Positions 29,692-39,660 of a stretch of DNA of 64,000 nucleotides are shown piece by piece; positions within the stretch are counted from its first letter, which is position 1, and the number at the start of each line of letters is the position of its first letter. The DNA is from an uncultured delta proteobacterium (GTDB taxonomy: Bacteria; Desulfobacterota; Desulfomonilia; UBA1062), in the NCBI GenBank assembly GCA_963798485.1, contig CAWCTR010000008.1, forward strand, positions 177,835 through 241,834, given 5' to 3'. Made by a program: the position numbers and the translations under genes. The notes under the pieces are model-generated. The model was not told the origin of the DNA and did no database searches. It saw only the letters and a program-made list of their open reading frames with translations.

Positions 29692-30281
29692 GGCTGTCCC
29701 GTTCTAATCCCGTTCCAATCAATGATTGCTTCGATATCTTTCCACGTGCTTACGGTATGGAAGGGGTGGGGCCCTCTGTTCCAGGGCTGGGTGAAGACAA
29801 TGGGGGTGATGCCTTCCTCATGGAGCATCCGGCAGGTGTCGAGCCGGTCGTCGATGAAGTATTTGATATTATGCCCCTGAAGAACCTCGAGTTTCGCGGT
29901 ACTCGCGCCGGTCGCCTCCACGCGCAGGCACTTGGGGCCCACCTCGGGGATGTGCTTGGCGAACCACAGCTCGATCGGTTCGGCAAAGGGCCGCGCAGTC
30001 ACGAGGAGCAGGGGCGAGAAAGAGGATATACCGGCCAGCACCTCTGTGGCCCCTTCATTGGGCATAACGTCTATTTCATGGAGCTCGTTGGTGAGGATGT
30101 CAATGATTTCAAGGGCGTGTTTTTTATCCATGTTGACGACATTCAGAAACTGGTAATCCGTGATGTCGTCATAGTTGATGTTATAGTTGTAGCTTTCCCT
30201 GGCAAGCCGGATAAAGAACCTGAAGGTGTCGGCCACGACGCCGTCAAAGTCAAAGGCGATCTCAGATGGGGGGATATTCAT
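29688..30281 (-). CDS. HAD-superfamily 5'(3')-nucleotidase-like protein
   Basis: IAFDFDGVVAD, VTAR, K, FIDD, PWN; start reassigned to ATG 30281. Confidence 0.85.
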   Translation of the reverse strand: MNIPPSEIAFDFDGVVADTFRFFIRLARESYNYNINYDDITDYQFLNVVNMDKKHALEIIDILTNELHEIDVMPNEGATEVLAGISSFSPLLLVTARPFAEPIELWFAKHIPEVGPKCLRVEATGASTAKLEVLQGHNIKYFIDDRLDTCRMLHEEGITPIVFTQPWNRGPHPFHTVSTWKDIEAIIDWNGIRTGQP

Positions 30282-30712
30282 GCTTAAAAGCCTTCCGCAG
30301 TTCTTAATGTCCGCCATGTTTATCATATGTTGATGAGGGAAGCAAACCCACGGGCCGCCCTTGTAAAAAAACCTCTCCAGGGCGTCGGCCAGAATAGACT
30401 GATACGGTGTGAATCCAGTATTTTCAAGGTCTTCTGGACCCCCGCTGGAGTTTATCCCAGCGAAAGCGGGGGCAAGGGTGATGGTTTTATTGAGTTTGGC
30501 AATCCTCTCAAAGGAGGGAACCATAAGGTTAAAGATTAAAACGCAAAAAAATGATTGATCAATGTTGTATGTTTCAGGTAATAAACTTATTTGTGTCAGC
30601 CTTAATATAATTCGGTAGCATGGCAGTAAAAGGTTGGATAGATAAAAGTTACAGGCGCACTTTAAGGATCGTCACCTTGGGTGCAGAGCGAGAAACTTAT
30701 AGAGGGGGGAGT

Positions 30713-31927
30713 ATGGGTAAAGATCGGGATGCGCAATACCGCAGCAGGATCAGCGGGTACTACAAACAACTGATGGAGCAGAGCCAGGCTCACATGGACC
30801 GCATGGACAAGGAGCTGCCCAAGGCCCGGGAGGATTTCAACGAGGTCCTCAAGGAGCGGGGCGTAAGCAGGAGAGATTTCTTAAAGTGGACCTCCGCCAT
30901 GACCGCAGCGCTGATGCTGCCGCCGATCTTCAAGCCCATGGTGGCACGGGCCGCGGAAAACTTCAGCAGGCTGCCGGTGGTGTGGCTCCACTTTGCAGAG
31001 TGCACAGGCTGCTCGGAGGCCTTCCTGAGGACATCGTATCCCAACGTGGATGATGTCCTCTTGGATACCATATCGCTTGAATACCATGAGACACTCATGG
31101 CCGCCGCAGGAAAGCAGGCTGAAGAGTGCCTGGAGAAGTGCATGAAAGACTTCCCCGGCAAGTATGTCTGCGTCATCGAGGGCGCCATACCCATGGGGCT
31201 GAACGGCCAGTACTTGAGGCTGGGCCCCAAGGCCAAGACCGCCATCGAAATCGGCAGGGAAGTAACCTCCAAGGCTGCGGCGACCATCTGCATCGGCAGT
31301 TGTTCCTGCTTCGGGAACATCCAGGCCGCCAAGCCGAATCCAACCAATGCCATGGGTATCCTCGATGCCCTGAGCGTTCCGACGGTCAACATTGCAGGCT
31401 GCCCGCCGAGCCCGCAGAATTTCGTGGGCACCGTGCTGCACTTCCTCATGTTCGGCGCTATTCCTCCGCTCGATAACCTCAGGAGGCCGATTTGGGCATA
31501 CGGCAAGCGTATCCATGACTATTGCGAGCGCAGGCCGCATTATGATGCAGGCGAATATGTGGAAGAGTGGGGCGATGAGGGCGCAAAGAATGGCTGGTGC
31601 CTTTACAAGATGGGCTGCAAGGGTCCTTACACCTATGGGAACTGTGCCAAGGTCAGGTTCAACGACGGAACGTCATGGCCCATTATGGGGGGTCACGGGT
31701 GCATGGGTTGCACGGAGCCTGCATTCTGGGACACCATGGCGCCTCTGGAGAAGCCCGTCAGTGATCAGTTTGTCGGAGGATGGGGCGTAACAGCCAGGGT
31801 CGATGCCTTAGGTACTGCACTGACCGCAGCCACCATCGTTGGAGTAGCCGCCCATGCGGGGCTCACAGGGGCCAAGGGACACGGCCAGCCAAAGAAGTCC
31901 GAGCCCGATCAGGGATCGCACGAATAG
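30713..31927 (+). CDS. hydA: [NiFe]-hydrogenase small subunit (Tat-exported, C-terminal anchor)
   Basis: SRRDFLK Tat motif, ECTGCSE, GCPP, HDYC, CLYKMGCKGP, GCMGC. Confidence 0.95.
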   Translation: MGKDRDAQYRSRISGYYKQLMEQSQAHMDRMDKELPKAREDFNEVLKERGVSRRDFLKWTSAMTAALMLPPIFKPMVARAAENFSRLPVVWLHFAECTGCSEAFLRTSYPNVDDVLLDTISLEYHETLMAAAGKQAEECLEKCMKDFPGKYVCVIEGAIPMGLNGQYLRLGPKAKTAIEIGREVTSKAAATICIGSCSCFGNIQAAKPNPTNAMGILDALSVPTVNIAGCPPSPQNFVGTVLHFLMFGAIPPLDNLRRPIWAYGKRIHDYCERRPHYDAGEYVEEWGDEGAKNGWCLYKMGCKGPYTYGNCAKVRFNDGTSWPIMGGHGCMGCTEPAFWDTMAPLEKPVSDQFVGGWGVTARVDALGTALTAATIVGVAAHAGLTGAKGHGQPKKSEPDQGSHE

Positions 31928-31954
31928 CAGCACTAGTTTACGGGAGGAAATACT

Positions 31955-33622
31955 ATGAGAATGATAGTTGATCCGATCACCAGGATCGAAGGACATTTAC
32001 GTATAGAAGTCGAGCTCGACGGGAACAACACCATTAAGGATGCCTGGAGCAGCATTACGTTGTGGAGGGGCATCGAGACGATCTTAAAGGGCAGGGACCC
32101 GCGCGATGCGCCTCTCATGGTGCAGCGTTTCTGCGGTGTGTGCACCTACGTGCATTACGAGGCGAGCATCATGGCGGTGGAAGACGCCATGGGCGTGAAG
32201 CCGCCCACCAATGCCAGGCTCGTGAGGAACCTCATCCATGCGGCCCTGTACATGACCGACCATGTCATGCACTTCTATCACCTGCACGGACTCGACTGGG
32301 TGGACATCACCAAGGCCATCGTGGCGGACCCGGAAAAGGCGGTCGCACTGGCCAGGCAGTACAGTGACAACCCCTACAACTGCTCTGCTACCCACTACAA
32401 GGCAGTCCAGAACCGGCTCAAGAAATATGTCGAATCAGGCAGGCTCGGGCCCTTTGCCAATGCTTACTGGGGCAACCCGTCCTTCAAGCTTTCACCCGAG
32501 GCCAACCTCGTCATCGTGTCCCATTACCTGGACGCACTGCAGCTCTCCAAGCTCGGCGCGCAGATGATGGCCATATTCGGCGGCAAGAACCCGCACCCGC
32601 AGACGCTCGTTGCCGGCGGTATCACGTCCGTCATGGACGTGCTCGATGCCGACAGGATCGCAGAGTATCTCTTCAAGTATAAAGAATTCAAGAACTTCAT
32701 CGAGACCGCATATCTGCCCGATGTCCTCCTGGCAGCAGGGACGTACAAAGACGAGGGCCTCGCCGGCGTGGGCGCAGGCGTGAAGAGCTACCTCTGCTAC
32801 GGCGGATTCCCTCTGGATGATGAATATACAAAGACACTGCTTCCCAAGGGTCTTGTCATCGGCGGTGACATATCGAAGGCACTGCCTTTGGATGAAAGCA
32901 AGATCGCCGAGGACAGCACCCATTCATGGTATAAGGGCGATCAGCCCCTGCATCCCTATGTCGGAAGCACCGAGCCCGAATATACCGGCCTGGACGCAAA
33001 AGGCAACGTCAAGGGTGACGAGAAGTACACCTGGTGCAAGGCGCCGAACTATGACGGTAAGCCCTTCGAGGTCGGACCGCTCGCTCGCATGGTCGTCGGC
33101 TATGCCCAGGGCGATGAGAGGATCAAACCGCTGATCGACAACACGCTCAAGGCCACCGGTCTGCCGGCCACCGTGCTCTTCTCCACCCTGGGAAGGACCG
33201 CAGCCAGGTTGCTGGAGACCAAGCTTGTGGCAGACCATGCGGAAGTGTGGGTGGGTGAACTGGTCGCCAATATCAAGGCCGGCGATACCAGGACATGGAC
33301 CCGCTGCGCAGTCCCCAAGAGCGGCAAGGGAAGGGGCCTCACCGAACCGCCTCGCGGCGCTCTGGGCCACTGGGTCGTTATCGAAGACCATGTAATAAAG
33401 AACTACCAGGCCATCGTTCCCTCCACCTGGAACTGCGCCCCGCGCAACAAGGACGGCAAGAGGGGCCCTTACGAGGAGTCCCTTATCGGCACCAAGCTTG
33501 CCAATCCGGATCAGCCGCTTGAGATCTTAAGGACGATTCACTCCTTCGATCCCTGCATGGCATGCGCGGTTCACATCATCAGGCCCGATACGGACGAAAT
33601 CAAAAAGTTCCGGGTTCTGTAA
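31955..33622 (+). CDS. hydB: [NiFe]-hydrogenase large subunit (group 1, 1b-like)
   Basis: DPITRIEGH, QRFCGVCTYVH (L1), SFDPCMACAVH (L2) plus cleavable tail. Confidence 0.96.
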   Translation: MRMIVDPITRIEGHLRIEVELDGNNTIKDAWSSITLWRGIETILKGRDPRDAPLMVQRFCGVCTYVHYEASIMAVEDAMGVKPPTNARLVRNLIHAALYMTDHVMHFYHLHGLDWVDITKAIVADPEKAVALARQYSDNPYNCSATHYKAVQNRLKKYVESGRLGPFANAYWGNPSFKLSPEANLVIVSHYLDALQLSKLGAQMMAIFGGKNPHPQTLVAGGITSVMDVLDADRIAEYLFKYKEFKNFIETAYLPDVLLAAGTYKDEGLAGVGAGVKSYLCYGGFPLDDEYTKTLLPKGLVIGGDISKALPLDESKIAEDSTHSWYKGDQPLHPYVGSTEPEYTGLDAKGNVKGDEKYTWCKAPNYDGKPFEVGPLARMVVGYAQGDERIKPLIDNTLKATGLPATVLFSTLGRTAARLLETKLVADHAEVWVGELVANIKAGDTRTWTRCAVPKSGKGRGLTEPPRGALGHWVVIEDHVIKNYQAIVPSTWNCAPRNKDGKRGPYEESLIGTKLANPDQPLEILRTIHSFDPCMACAVHIIRPDTDEIKKFRVL

Positions 33623-33640
33623 AGACAAGGAGGGACCCAC

Positions 33641-34375
33641 GTGGATAATATAACAGTAAAAAAAGAGTGGAGCCTTGCTATCAGGGTGAACCACTGGCTG
33701 ATGGTCATCTGCATATTTGGCTTGATCATCACGGGTTTCTACATCGCACGTCCCTTCAGCAATCTGTCGGCGGAGACCACGAATGTAACCTTCAACAGCC
33801 TCATCCCGCCTTCCATTTCGGTTGAGGTGGTAAAGGCCGAGACATACAACAAGTTTTTCATGGGCTACACCCGCTATATACACCTCATATGCGGGATCAT
33901 CCTCACCTTCGTGTTCATCTGGAGGGTGTATCTGATGTTCTTCAGCAGGTTCCATGCCGACTTCAAGGATTTCTTTGCATGGACCGACACAAAGAACTTC
34001 TGGACCCAGATCAAGTTCTACCTGCTCATCTCGGAGAAGAAGCCGGAGCATAACTACCTGTACGGCCCTCTCCAGTCGCTGGCATACGGCGGGCTTCTGC
34101 TCATGCTGGTGGTGCTTTTGATCACCGGGCTGATCCTTGCCGGCGTTGACTATTCGGGAGGCGTGATCGGGTTTGCCTACATGATCCTCCATCCGATCCA
34201 GAAAGCCCTTGGCGGACTTGCAACAGTCAGGTTCATCCACCATATTTTCACCTGGCTTGTCATCCTGTTCGTCGTGGTACATATTTATATGGCGTTCTGG
34301 TATGACATCGTGTTTAAGGAAGGAACCATCTCATCCATGGTGAGCGGGAGGGTTTTCAGGAAGGCGCACGACTAA
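33641..34375 (+). CDS. hydC: Hydrogenase b-type cytochrome subunit
   Basis: RVNHW, RYIH, YGPLQ, RFIHH, VHIY; four TM helices. Confidence 0.93.
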   Translation: MDNITVKKEWSLAIRVNHWLMVICIFGLIITGFYIARPFSNLSAETTNVTFNSLIPPSISVEVVKAETYNKFFMGYTRYIHLICGIILTFVFIWRVYLMFFSRFHADFKDFFAWTDTKNFWTQIKFYLLISEKKPEHNYLYGPLQSLAYGGLLLMLVVLLITGLILAGVDYSGGVIGFAYMILHPIQKALGGLATVRFIHHIFTWLVILFVVVHIYMAFWYDIVFKEGTISSMVSGRVFRKAHD

Positions 34376-34416
34376 ACCTTTATGGGGTGGGCACACCCCT
34401 TTAGAGTATGATTTAC

Positions 34417-34450
34417 AAGGGGGAAAGGTTTTATGCCTTTCCCCTTTTAT
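34417..34450 (+). terminator. Intra-operon terminator-like hairpin
   Basis: aagggggaaagg...cctttccccttttat between structural and maturation genes. Confidence 0.55.
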
Positions 34451-34466
34451 GCACTAAAGAGACACC

Positions 34467-34958
34467 ATGAAAGAGCAAAAACAGATAACCGTCCTTGGCC
34501 TTGGAAGCATCATCCTGAAGGACGAGGGGTTCGGGGTCCACTTCATCAGATGGTTTTCTGAACGCTATAACCTTGGTGCCGACGTACGCATCCTTGACGG
34601 CGGGACGCTCGGGTACCGGCTTTTGGACATCGTTACGAGCTCAAGCTGTCTGATCGTCGTGGACTGTATCAAGCTGGATGAGGATCCCGGAGCCATCTAC
34701 CGGTTCACCCAAGACGAGATGAGGCTCAAAATGCCCGATCCGACAACGGCCCATGAGGTGGAGTTCCCTGACGTGCTGTCCATGGCGGACCTCATGGACG
34801 AGTGTCCGGAGGTTATCTTCCTGTGCATCGTGCCTGAAAGCTACGGCACCATGGAACTTCAGATGACGCCCACGATGACAGCGGCTTTCCCCGCCATGGA
34901 AAGACTGCTGATCAAGGAGCTCCGGCAGCTCGGCATCGAACCGAAAAGGGTGAGCTGA
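34467..34958 (+). CDS. hydD: Hydrogenase maturation protease
   Basis: VLGLGSIILKDEGFG, DGGT, VVD, TAHE. Confidence 0.92.
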   Translation: MKEQKQITVLGLGSIILKDEGFGVHFIRWFSERYNLGADVRILDGGTLGYRLLDIVTSSSCLIVVDCIKLDEDPGAIYRFTQDEMRLKMPDPTTAHEVEFPDVLSMADLMDECPEVIFLCIVPESYGTMELQMTPTMTAAFPAMERLLIKELRQLGIEPKRVS

Positions 34959-35302
34959 TGCACGAGATGTCGCTCACCGTTTCCATCATGGATATCATCT
35001 TTGAATACGCACGCAATAACCATTTCACCAAGGTTAATGCCGTAAAGCTCTCATTCGGCACGCTCTCCGGCATCGAACCAAAGGCATTGGAGTTCGCCTT
35101 CGAGGTGCTCTCCAAGGATACCCTGGCCCAAGGGGCGAAGCTTGAGTATGACATAGCGCCTATTATCATTACATGCCTTGACTGCGGGAGGGACTCTGAA
35201 GTAGAAGAATTTCCTTCACTATGCCCTCTCTGCAAGGTTGAGGATGTCGTCCTGAAGGCAGGGACACAGGATTTAAGGATCGTGGAGCTGGATGTAGACT
35301 AG
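34958..35302 (+). CDS. hypA: Hydrogenase nickel incorporation protein
   Basis: MHE start, two CxxC motifs. Confidence 0.95.
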   Translation: MHEMSLTVSIMDIIFEYARNNHFTKVNAVKLSFGTLSGIEPKALEFAFEVLSKDTLAQGAKLEYDIAPIIITCLDCGRDSEVEEFPSLCPLCKVEDVVLKAGTQDLRIVELDVD

Positions 35303-35312
35303 GAGGCTTACT

Positions 35313-35534
35313 ATGTGCATCGGATTCCCCGGCAAGATCATGTGCATCGATGAGAATAATTATGCAACAATCGATATCGGCGGCACCAAGCGGGAGGTGT
35401 GCCTGGACATCATCGACGAAGAGGTCGGCCTCGGCGACTATGTGCTGTGCCATGCAGGGTATGCCATCCACAAGGTGGACGAAGACCTGGCCCAGGAAAA
35501 GCTCGCCTTGCTCAAGGAGCTTCTACAGGCATGA
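35313..35534 (+). CDS. hypC: Hydrogenase assembly chaperone
   Basis: MCIGFPG, GDYVLCHAGYA. Confidence 0.95.
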   Translation: MCIGFPGKIMCIDENNYATIDIGGTKREVCLDIIDEEVGLGDYVLCHAGYAIHKVDEDLAQEKLALLKELLQA

Positions 35535-36625
35535 AATATATTGACGAATACCGTGACGGGGCACTCGCCAAGGGCCTCAAGGACCTGATCCATACCCAGG
35601 CCTCTAAGATCGGCAGGCCGGTCACCCTCATGGAGGTTTGCGGCAGCCATACCTATGCCATCGGCCACTACGGGATCAGGAAGCTGCTGCCCGAGAGCAT
35701 CAGGCTCATCTCCGGGCCGGGCTGCCCTGTATGCGTGACCTCGTGCAGGGATGTGGACACGGCCATGTCGCTTGCCCAGAAGAAGAACGTCATCTTCGTC
35801 ACGTACGGTGATATGCTCCGCGTCCCCGGCTCAAACGCAAACGGGAGCAGCCTTCAGAAAATCAGGGCTGGGGGGGCTGATATCCGTGTCGTTGCCTCCA
35901 CCCTTGAGGCAATCGAGATCGCTATCCATAATCCGGCCAATGATATCATCTTCATGGGCATCGGCTTCGAGACCACCTCGCCCACAGTGGCCTCCATGGT
36001 GAAGACCTGCCGGAGAAAAGCAATAAAAAACCTCTCGGTCTTTTCCGTGCATAAGGTCATCCCCCCTGCCATCAAGGTGCTTTTGGATGACCCTGAGCTT
36101 GCCATCGACGGCTTCATCTGCCCGGGGCACGTGAGCACCATCATCGGGTTCGACGGCTATTCGGAGATCCCCCGGCGCGGCTGTGCGGCGGTCATCACCG
36201 GGTTCGAACCGGTGGACATACTTGAGGGGATCCACATGATCCTGGCCCAGATCGTTCAGGGCCGGTTCTTCGTTGAAAACCAGTACGGCAGGGCGGTAAA
36301 AGCTCAAGGCAACACCAAGGCTCAAGAGATGCTCAAAGAGGTCTTCATGAGTGTGCCTGCCGAATGGAGGGGGCTCGGGATTATCCAAGGCAGCGGTCTG
36401 GTCTTCAATGAAACCTTTTCCGCGTTCAATGCGCTGGCGAGGTTTGATGTGCCCATCATGGACTCCAGCGATATCATGGGATGCATGTGCGGCTCCATCC
36501 TGCGTGGTGTGGCTACACCCCACGAATGCCCGCTCTTCAGGCATGCATGCAATCCGGGCAACCCCATCGGGCCGTGCATGGTATCCAGGGAGGGGACCTG
36601 CTCCACGTATTACAAGTGTCATTAA
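35531..36625 (+). CDS. hypD: Hydrogenase maturation protein
   Basis: MEVCGSH, GPGCPVC, GFETT, PGHVS, GPCMVS.EG.C. Confidence 0.96.
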   Translation: MKYIDEYRDGALAKGLKDLIHTQASKIGRPVTLMEVCGSHTYAIGHYGIRKLLPESIRLISGPGCPVCVTSCRDVDTAMSLAQKKNVIFVTYGDMLRVPGSNANGSSLQKIRAGGADIRVVASTLEAIEIAIHNPANDIIFMGIGFETTSPTVASMVKTCRRKAIKNLSVFSVHKVIPPAIKVLLDDPELAIDGFICPGHVSTIIGFDGYSEIPRRGCAAVITGFEPVDILEGIHMILAQIVQGRFFVENQYGRAVKAQGNTKAQEMLKEVFMSVPAEWRGLGIIQGSGLVFNETFSAFNALARFDVPIMDSSDIMGCMCGSILRGVATPHECPLFRHACNPGNPIGPCMVSREGTCSTYYKCH

Positions 36626-36641
36626 CAAGAAGGAGGCAAAA

Positions 36642-37310
36642 GTGGCTACCATCAGTGTTGTGAAACAGGTTCTTGATGCGAACGACAGGATTGCGGCAAG
36701 TAACAGAGGCCTGTTCGATGAGAAAGGCATATACGTCATCAACCTCATGAGCTCGCCGGGTGCGGGCAAGACCACACTTGTGGAGAGGACAATCGAAGGG
36801 CTCAAAGATAAATACAAGCTCGCCGTCATCGAGGGCGATATCCAGGATACCTATGATGCCGAGCGGGTGGCAAAGCTGGGTATCCCTGTCGTACAGATTA
36901 ATACGCTCGGCGGGTGCCACATTGATGCCAACATGGTGCAGGAGGCCCTGGGCGACCTTGCACTTGACGGCGTGGACCTGCTCATCAATGAGAACGTGGG
37001 CAACCTGGTGTGCCCGGCGGAGTTCAAGATCGGCGAGAACGCCAAGATCATGATCCTCTCCACACCGGAAGGGGCGGACAAGCCGTCCAAGTACCCGCTC
37101 ATGTTCCACGAGTCATCCGTTCTTCTTATCAACAAGATGGACCTCATGCCCTATGTGAGCTTTGACCTGAACAAGGCTAAGGCGGATTCCTTGAAGTGTA
37201 ACCCGAGACTGAAGATCTTCGAGGTCTCCTGCAAGACGAACCAAGGGCTTGACTCATGGCTTGCGTGGATTACGGACCAGATCGAGCAGTACAAACAATC
37301 GCGTTCGTGA
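36642..37310 (+). CDS. hypB: Hydrogenase nickel incorporation GTPase
   Basis: GTG after ggagg; SSPGAGKT, CH, ENVGNLVCP, NKMD. Confidence 0.95.
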   Translation: MATISVVKQVLDANDRIAASNRGLFDEKGIYVINLMSSPGAGKTTLVERTIEGLKDKYKLAVIEGDIQDTYDAERVAKLGIPVVQINTLGGCHIDANMVQEALGDLALDGVDLLINENVGNLVCPAEFKIGENAKIMILSTPEGADKPSKYPLMFHESSVLLINKMDLMPYVSFDLNKAKADSLKCNPRLKIFEVSCKTNQGLDSWLAWITDQIEQYKQSRS

Positions 37311-39580
37311 GAAAAAGGGTTCGCCACCGGTTCTCAGGTGTCGTCCAGGGGGTCGGCTTTAGGCCGTTTATCTACCGCCTTGCTGTAAGCAGCGGACTTG
37401 CCGGGATTGTGTACAATTCCACCGAGGGCGTGATCGTCGAGGTTGAAGGGGATCCGCAATCAATTGATGCCTTTCTGTGGCGGGTCAGACAGGAAGTTCC
37501 CCCGCTGGCTGAGATATATGAAATCTTATCTTCCGAGATCCCAGCCCAGTGGGATGGCGAATTCCGCATCATTCGGAGCGCTGCAACCGGCACATCGGAC
37601 GTGCAGATCTCCCCTGATATAGGCACATGTAATGACTGCCTGAAAGAACTCTTCGATCCGTCAGACAGGCGCTATAAGTACCCCTTTATCAATTGCACCA
37701 ACTGCGGACCAAGGCTCACCATTATCAAGGACATCCCTTACGACCGTGAGCGGACCTCCATGAGCGTCTTTCCCTTATGCGCACAGTGCAGAAAAGAGTA
37801 TGAGGACCCTGCAAACAGGCGGTTCCATGCCGAGCCCAATGCCTGCCCTGTATGCGGGCCAAGCCTGACGCTTCTTGATGATAAAGGCAAGACGGTCCAG
37901 GTTCAAGATGTCTTGGCTGAAGCCACCACGCGCATAAAGGCCGGTTCCATTCTGGCCGTCAAGGGTCTGGGAGGGTTCCACCTGTGTGTGGATGCGGTGA
38001 ATGACAAGGCGGTTCAAAGGCTGAGGGACTCTAAATTCCGCGAGGAAAAGCCCCTTGCCATTATGGTGAGAGACATCGAAAAGGCCGAGGCCGTTGCCTA
38101 TGTATCCGACATGGAGAGGTCGCTGCTCACGAGCCCGTCCCGTCCCATCGTGCTGCTCAAGGCGAGGCAGGATTCACCCGTCTCATTGCTGGTGGCGCCT
38201 TCCATGAGCACGCTGGGTATCATGCTGCCCTATGCCCCGCTCCACCACCTGCTCCTGGAGGCGGATTTCACCGCACTCGTCATGACGAGCGCCAACCAGA
38301 CGGACGAGCCCATCTGTATCGATAATGACGAGGCGGTGAAACGGCTTACCGGAATTGCCGATGCCTTTCTTGTGCACAACAGGCAGATCGTTGTGCGCTG
38401 CGACGATTCGGTGGCCATGGTAGCCGGGGACAAGCCATATCTCCTCAGGCGCTCCCGGGGCTATGCCCCCAGGCCGGTACTGCTTTATGATGCGCTCCCT
38501 GATGTCCTTGCCGTTGGTCCTCACCTCAAGTCGACCATCTGTATCGTAAAAGGGGGCATGGCTTACCTGAGCCCCCATATCGGAGACCTTCAGACCCCCC
38601 TTGCAAGGGACTTCCTGCATGAGACCATCGAACGCATGCAGCACATCACCCAGTGCAGGCCAAAGATCGTGGCGTGCGATCTGCACCCGCGGTATTATTC
38701 AACCCGTATCGCCTCCACGCTCGGGGCCAGGGAGGTAATACGGGTCCAGCACCACCATGCGCATATCGTGAGCTGTATGGCGGAGAACCGTATCACGGGC
38801 AAGGTCATCGGACTGGCCATGGACGGCACCGGCTACGGCGAGGATGGACGCATCTGGGGGGGCGAGTTCTTGATAGCGGACGAAACAGCCTTCGAGCGTG
38901 CAGGCCACCTGAGATACCTGCCGCTTTTGGGCGGTGAGGCAGCCATCAAGCAGCCGTGGCGCTTCGGCATAAGCCTTCTTAGGGAGGCCTTTGGCGACAC
39001 GTGGCCCGATATAGCATCAAAGCTTGAGATAGTGCCGGAAGGATATTCATATGAGCATTTTAACAAGATCATGGATGCAGGCATGAACAGCCCGCTCACC
39101 TCAAGTCTGGGCAGGGTGTTCGACGGTGTGGCTGCGATTATCGATTTGAAACGTTCAGTCAGCTTTGAGGGCCAGGCGGCCATGGAACTGGAGGCCGCGG
39201 CCAAGCCCGGATCGGGAGACGTCCTTCCATACAAAATCTTCGAGGAGGGCGGGACATCGATCCTCGACCTCATTCCGCTCGTGAAGGCCATTGTGGAGGC
39301 AAGGCTCGCCGGGATGGAGGCTGAGGGACTTGCCGGCGCATTTCATGCCACACTGATTGCCTCATTTATTGACATGGCCGGACTCCTGCGGGAACGTACG
39401 GGTATCTCACGCGTGGCCTTATCGGGCGGGTGTTTCCAGAACAGGATATTGCTTGAAGGGTGTGCTCATGAGCTTGAGCGGGGTGGCTTCGAGGTCTTTA
39501 CCCACGGGAGAATCCCCGCCAACGACGGGGGCGTCGCCCTGGGCCAGGCAGTGATAGCAGGGACAAGGATGGCGCATTAA
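37307..39580 (+). CDS. hypF: Carbamoyltransferase
   Basis: GVVQGVGFRP, zinc fingers, QHHHAH, DGTGYG, NDGG. Confidence 0.96.
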   Translation: MRKRVRHRFSGVVQGVGFRPFIYRLAVSSGLAGIVYNSTEGVIVEVEGDPQSIDAFLWRVRQEVPPLAEIYEILSSEIPAQWDGEFRIIRSAATGTSDVQISPDIGTCNDCLKELFDPSDRRYKYPFINCTNCGPRLTIIKDIPYDRERTSMSVFPLCAQCRKEYEDPANRRFHAEPNACPVCGPSLTLLDDKGKTVQVQDVLAEATTRIKAGSILAVKGLGGFHLCVDAVNDKAVQRLRDSKFREEKPLAIMVRDIEKAEAVAYVSDMERSLLTSPSRPIVLLKARQDSPVSLLVAPSMSTLGIMLPYAPLHHLLLEADFTALVMTSANQTDEPICIDNDEAVKRLTGIADAFLVHNRQIVVRCDDSVAMVAGDKPYLLRRSRGYAPRPVLLYDALPDVLAVGPHLKSTICIVKGGMAYLSPHIGDLQTPLARDFLHETIERMQHITQCRPKIVACDLHPRYYSTRIASTLGAREVIRVQHHHAHIVSCMAENRITGKVIGLAMDGTGYGEDGRIWGGEFLIADETAFERAGHLRYLPLLGGEAAIKQPWRFGISLLREAFGDTWPDIASKLEIVPEGYSYEHFNKIMDAGMNSPLTSSLGRVFDGVAAIIDLKRSVSFEGQAAMELEAAAKPGSGDVLPYKIFEEGGTSILDLIPLVKAIVEARLAGMEAEGLAGAFHATLIASFIDMAGLLRERTGISRVALSGGCFQNRILLEGCAHELERGGFEVFTHGRIPANDGGVALGQAVIAGTRMAH

Positions 39581-39581
39581 T

Positions 39582-39633
39582 TGTAGGGGCGGCTTTAGCC
39601 GCGATAGAAATCGCGGCTAAAGCCGCCCCTACA
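39582..39633. repeat. GTAG-family REP doublet, perfect 24-bp hairpin
   Basis: tgtaggggcggctttagccgcgat-agaa-atcgcggctaaagccgcccctaca between hypF and hypE. Confidence 0.85.
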
Positions 39634-39660
39634 GCTATAATATTGAAAGGGGCATAGGCA

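Noticed and set aside
29688-30524. Long N-terminal extensions in the ORF track (also 24839, 30620, 35399, 36351, 37256, 46617, 63100)
   Set aside because: Family motifs and RBS positions point to downstream starts; the extensions are just open upstream sequence.
31955-33622. Selenocysteine-containing [NiFeSe] hydrogenase
   Set aside because: The L2 motif is DPCMAC with Cys codons and there is no in-frame TGA.
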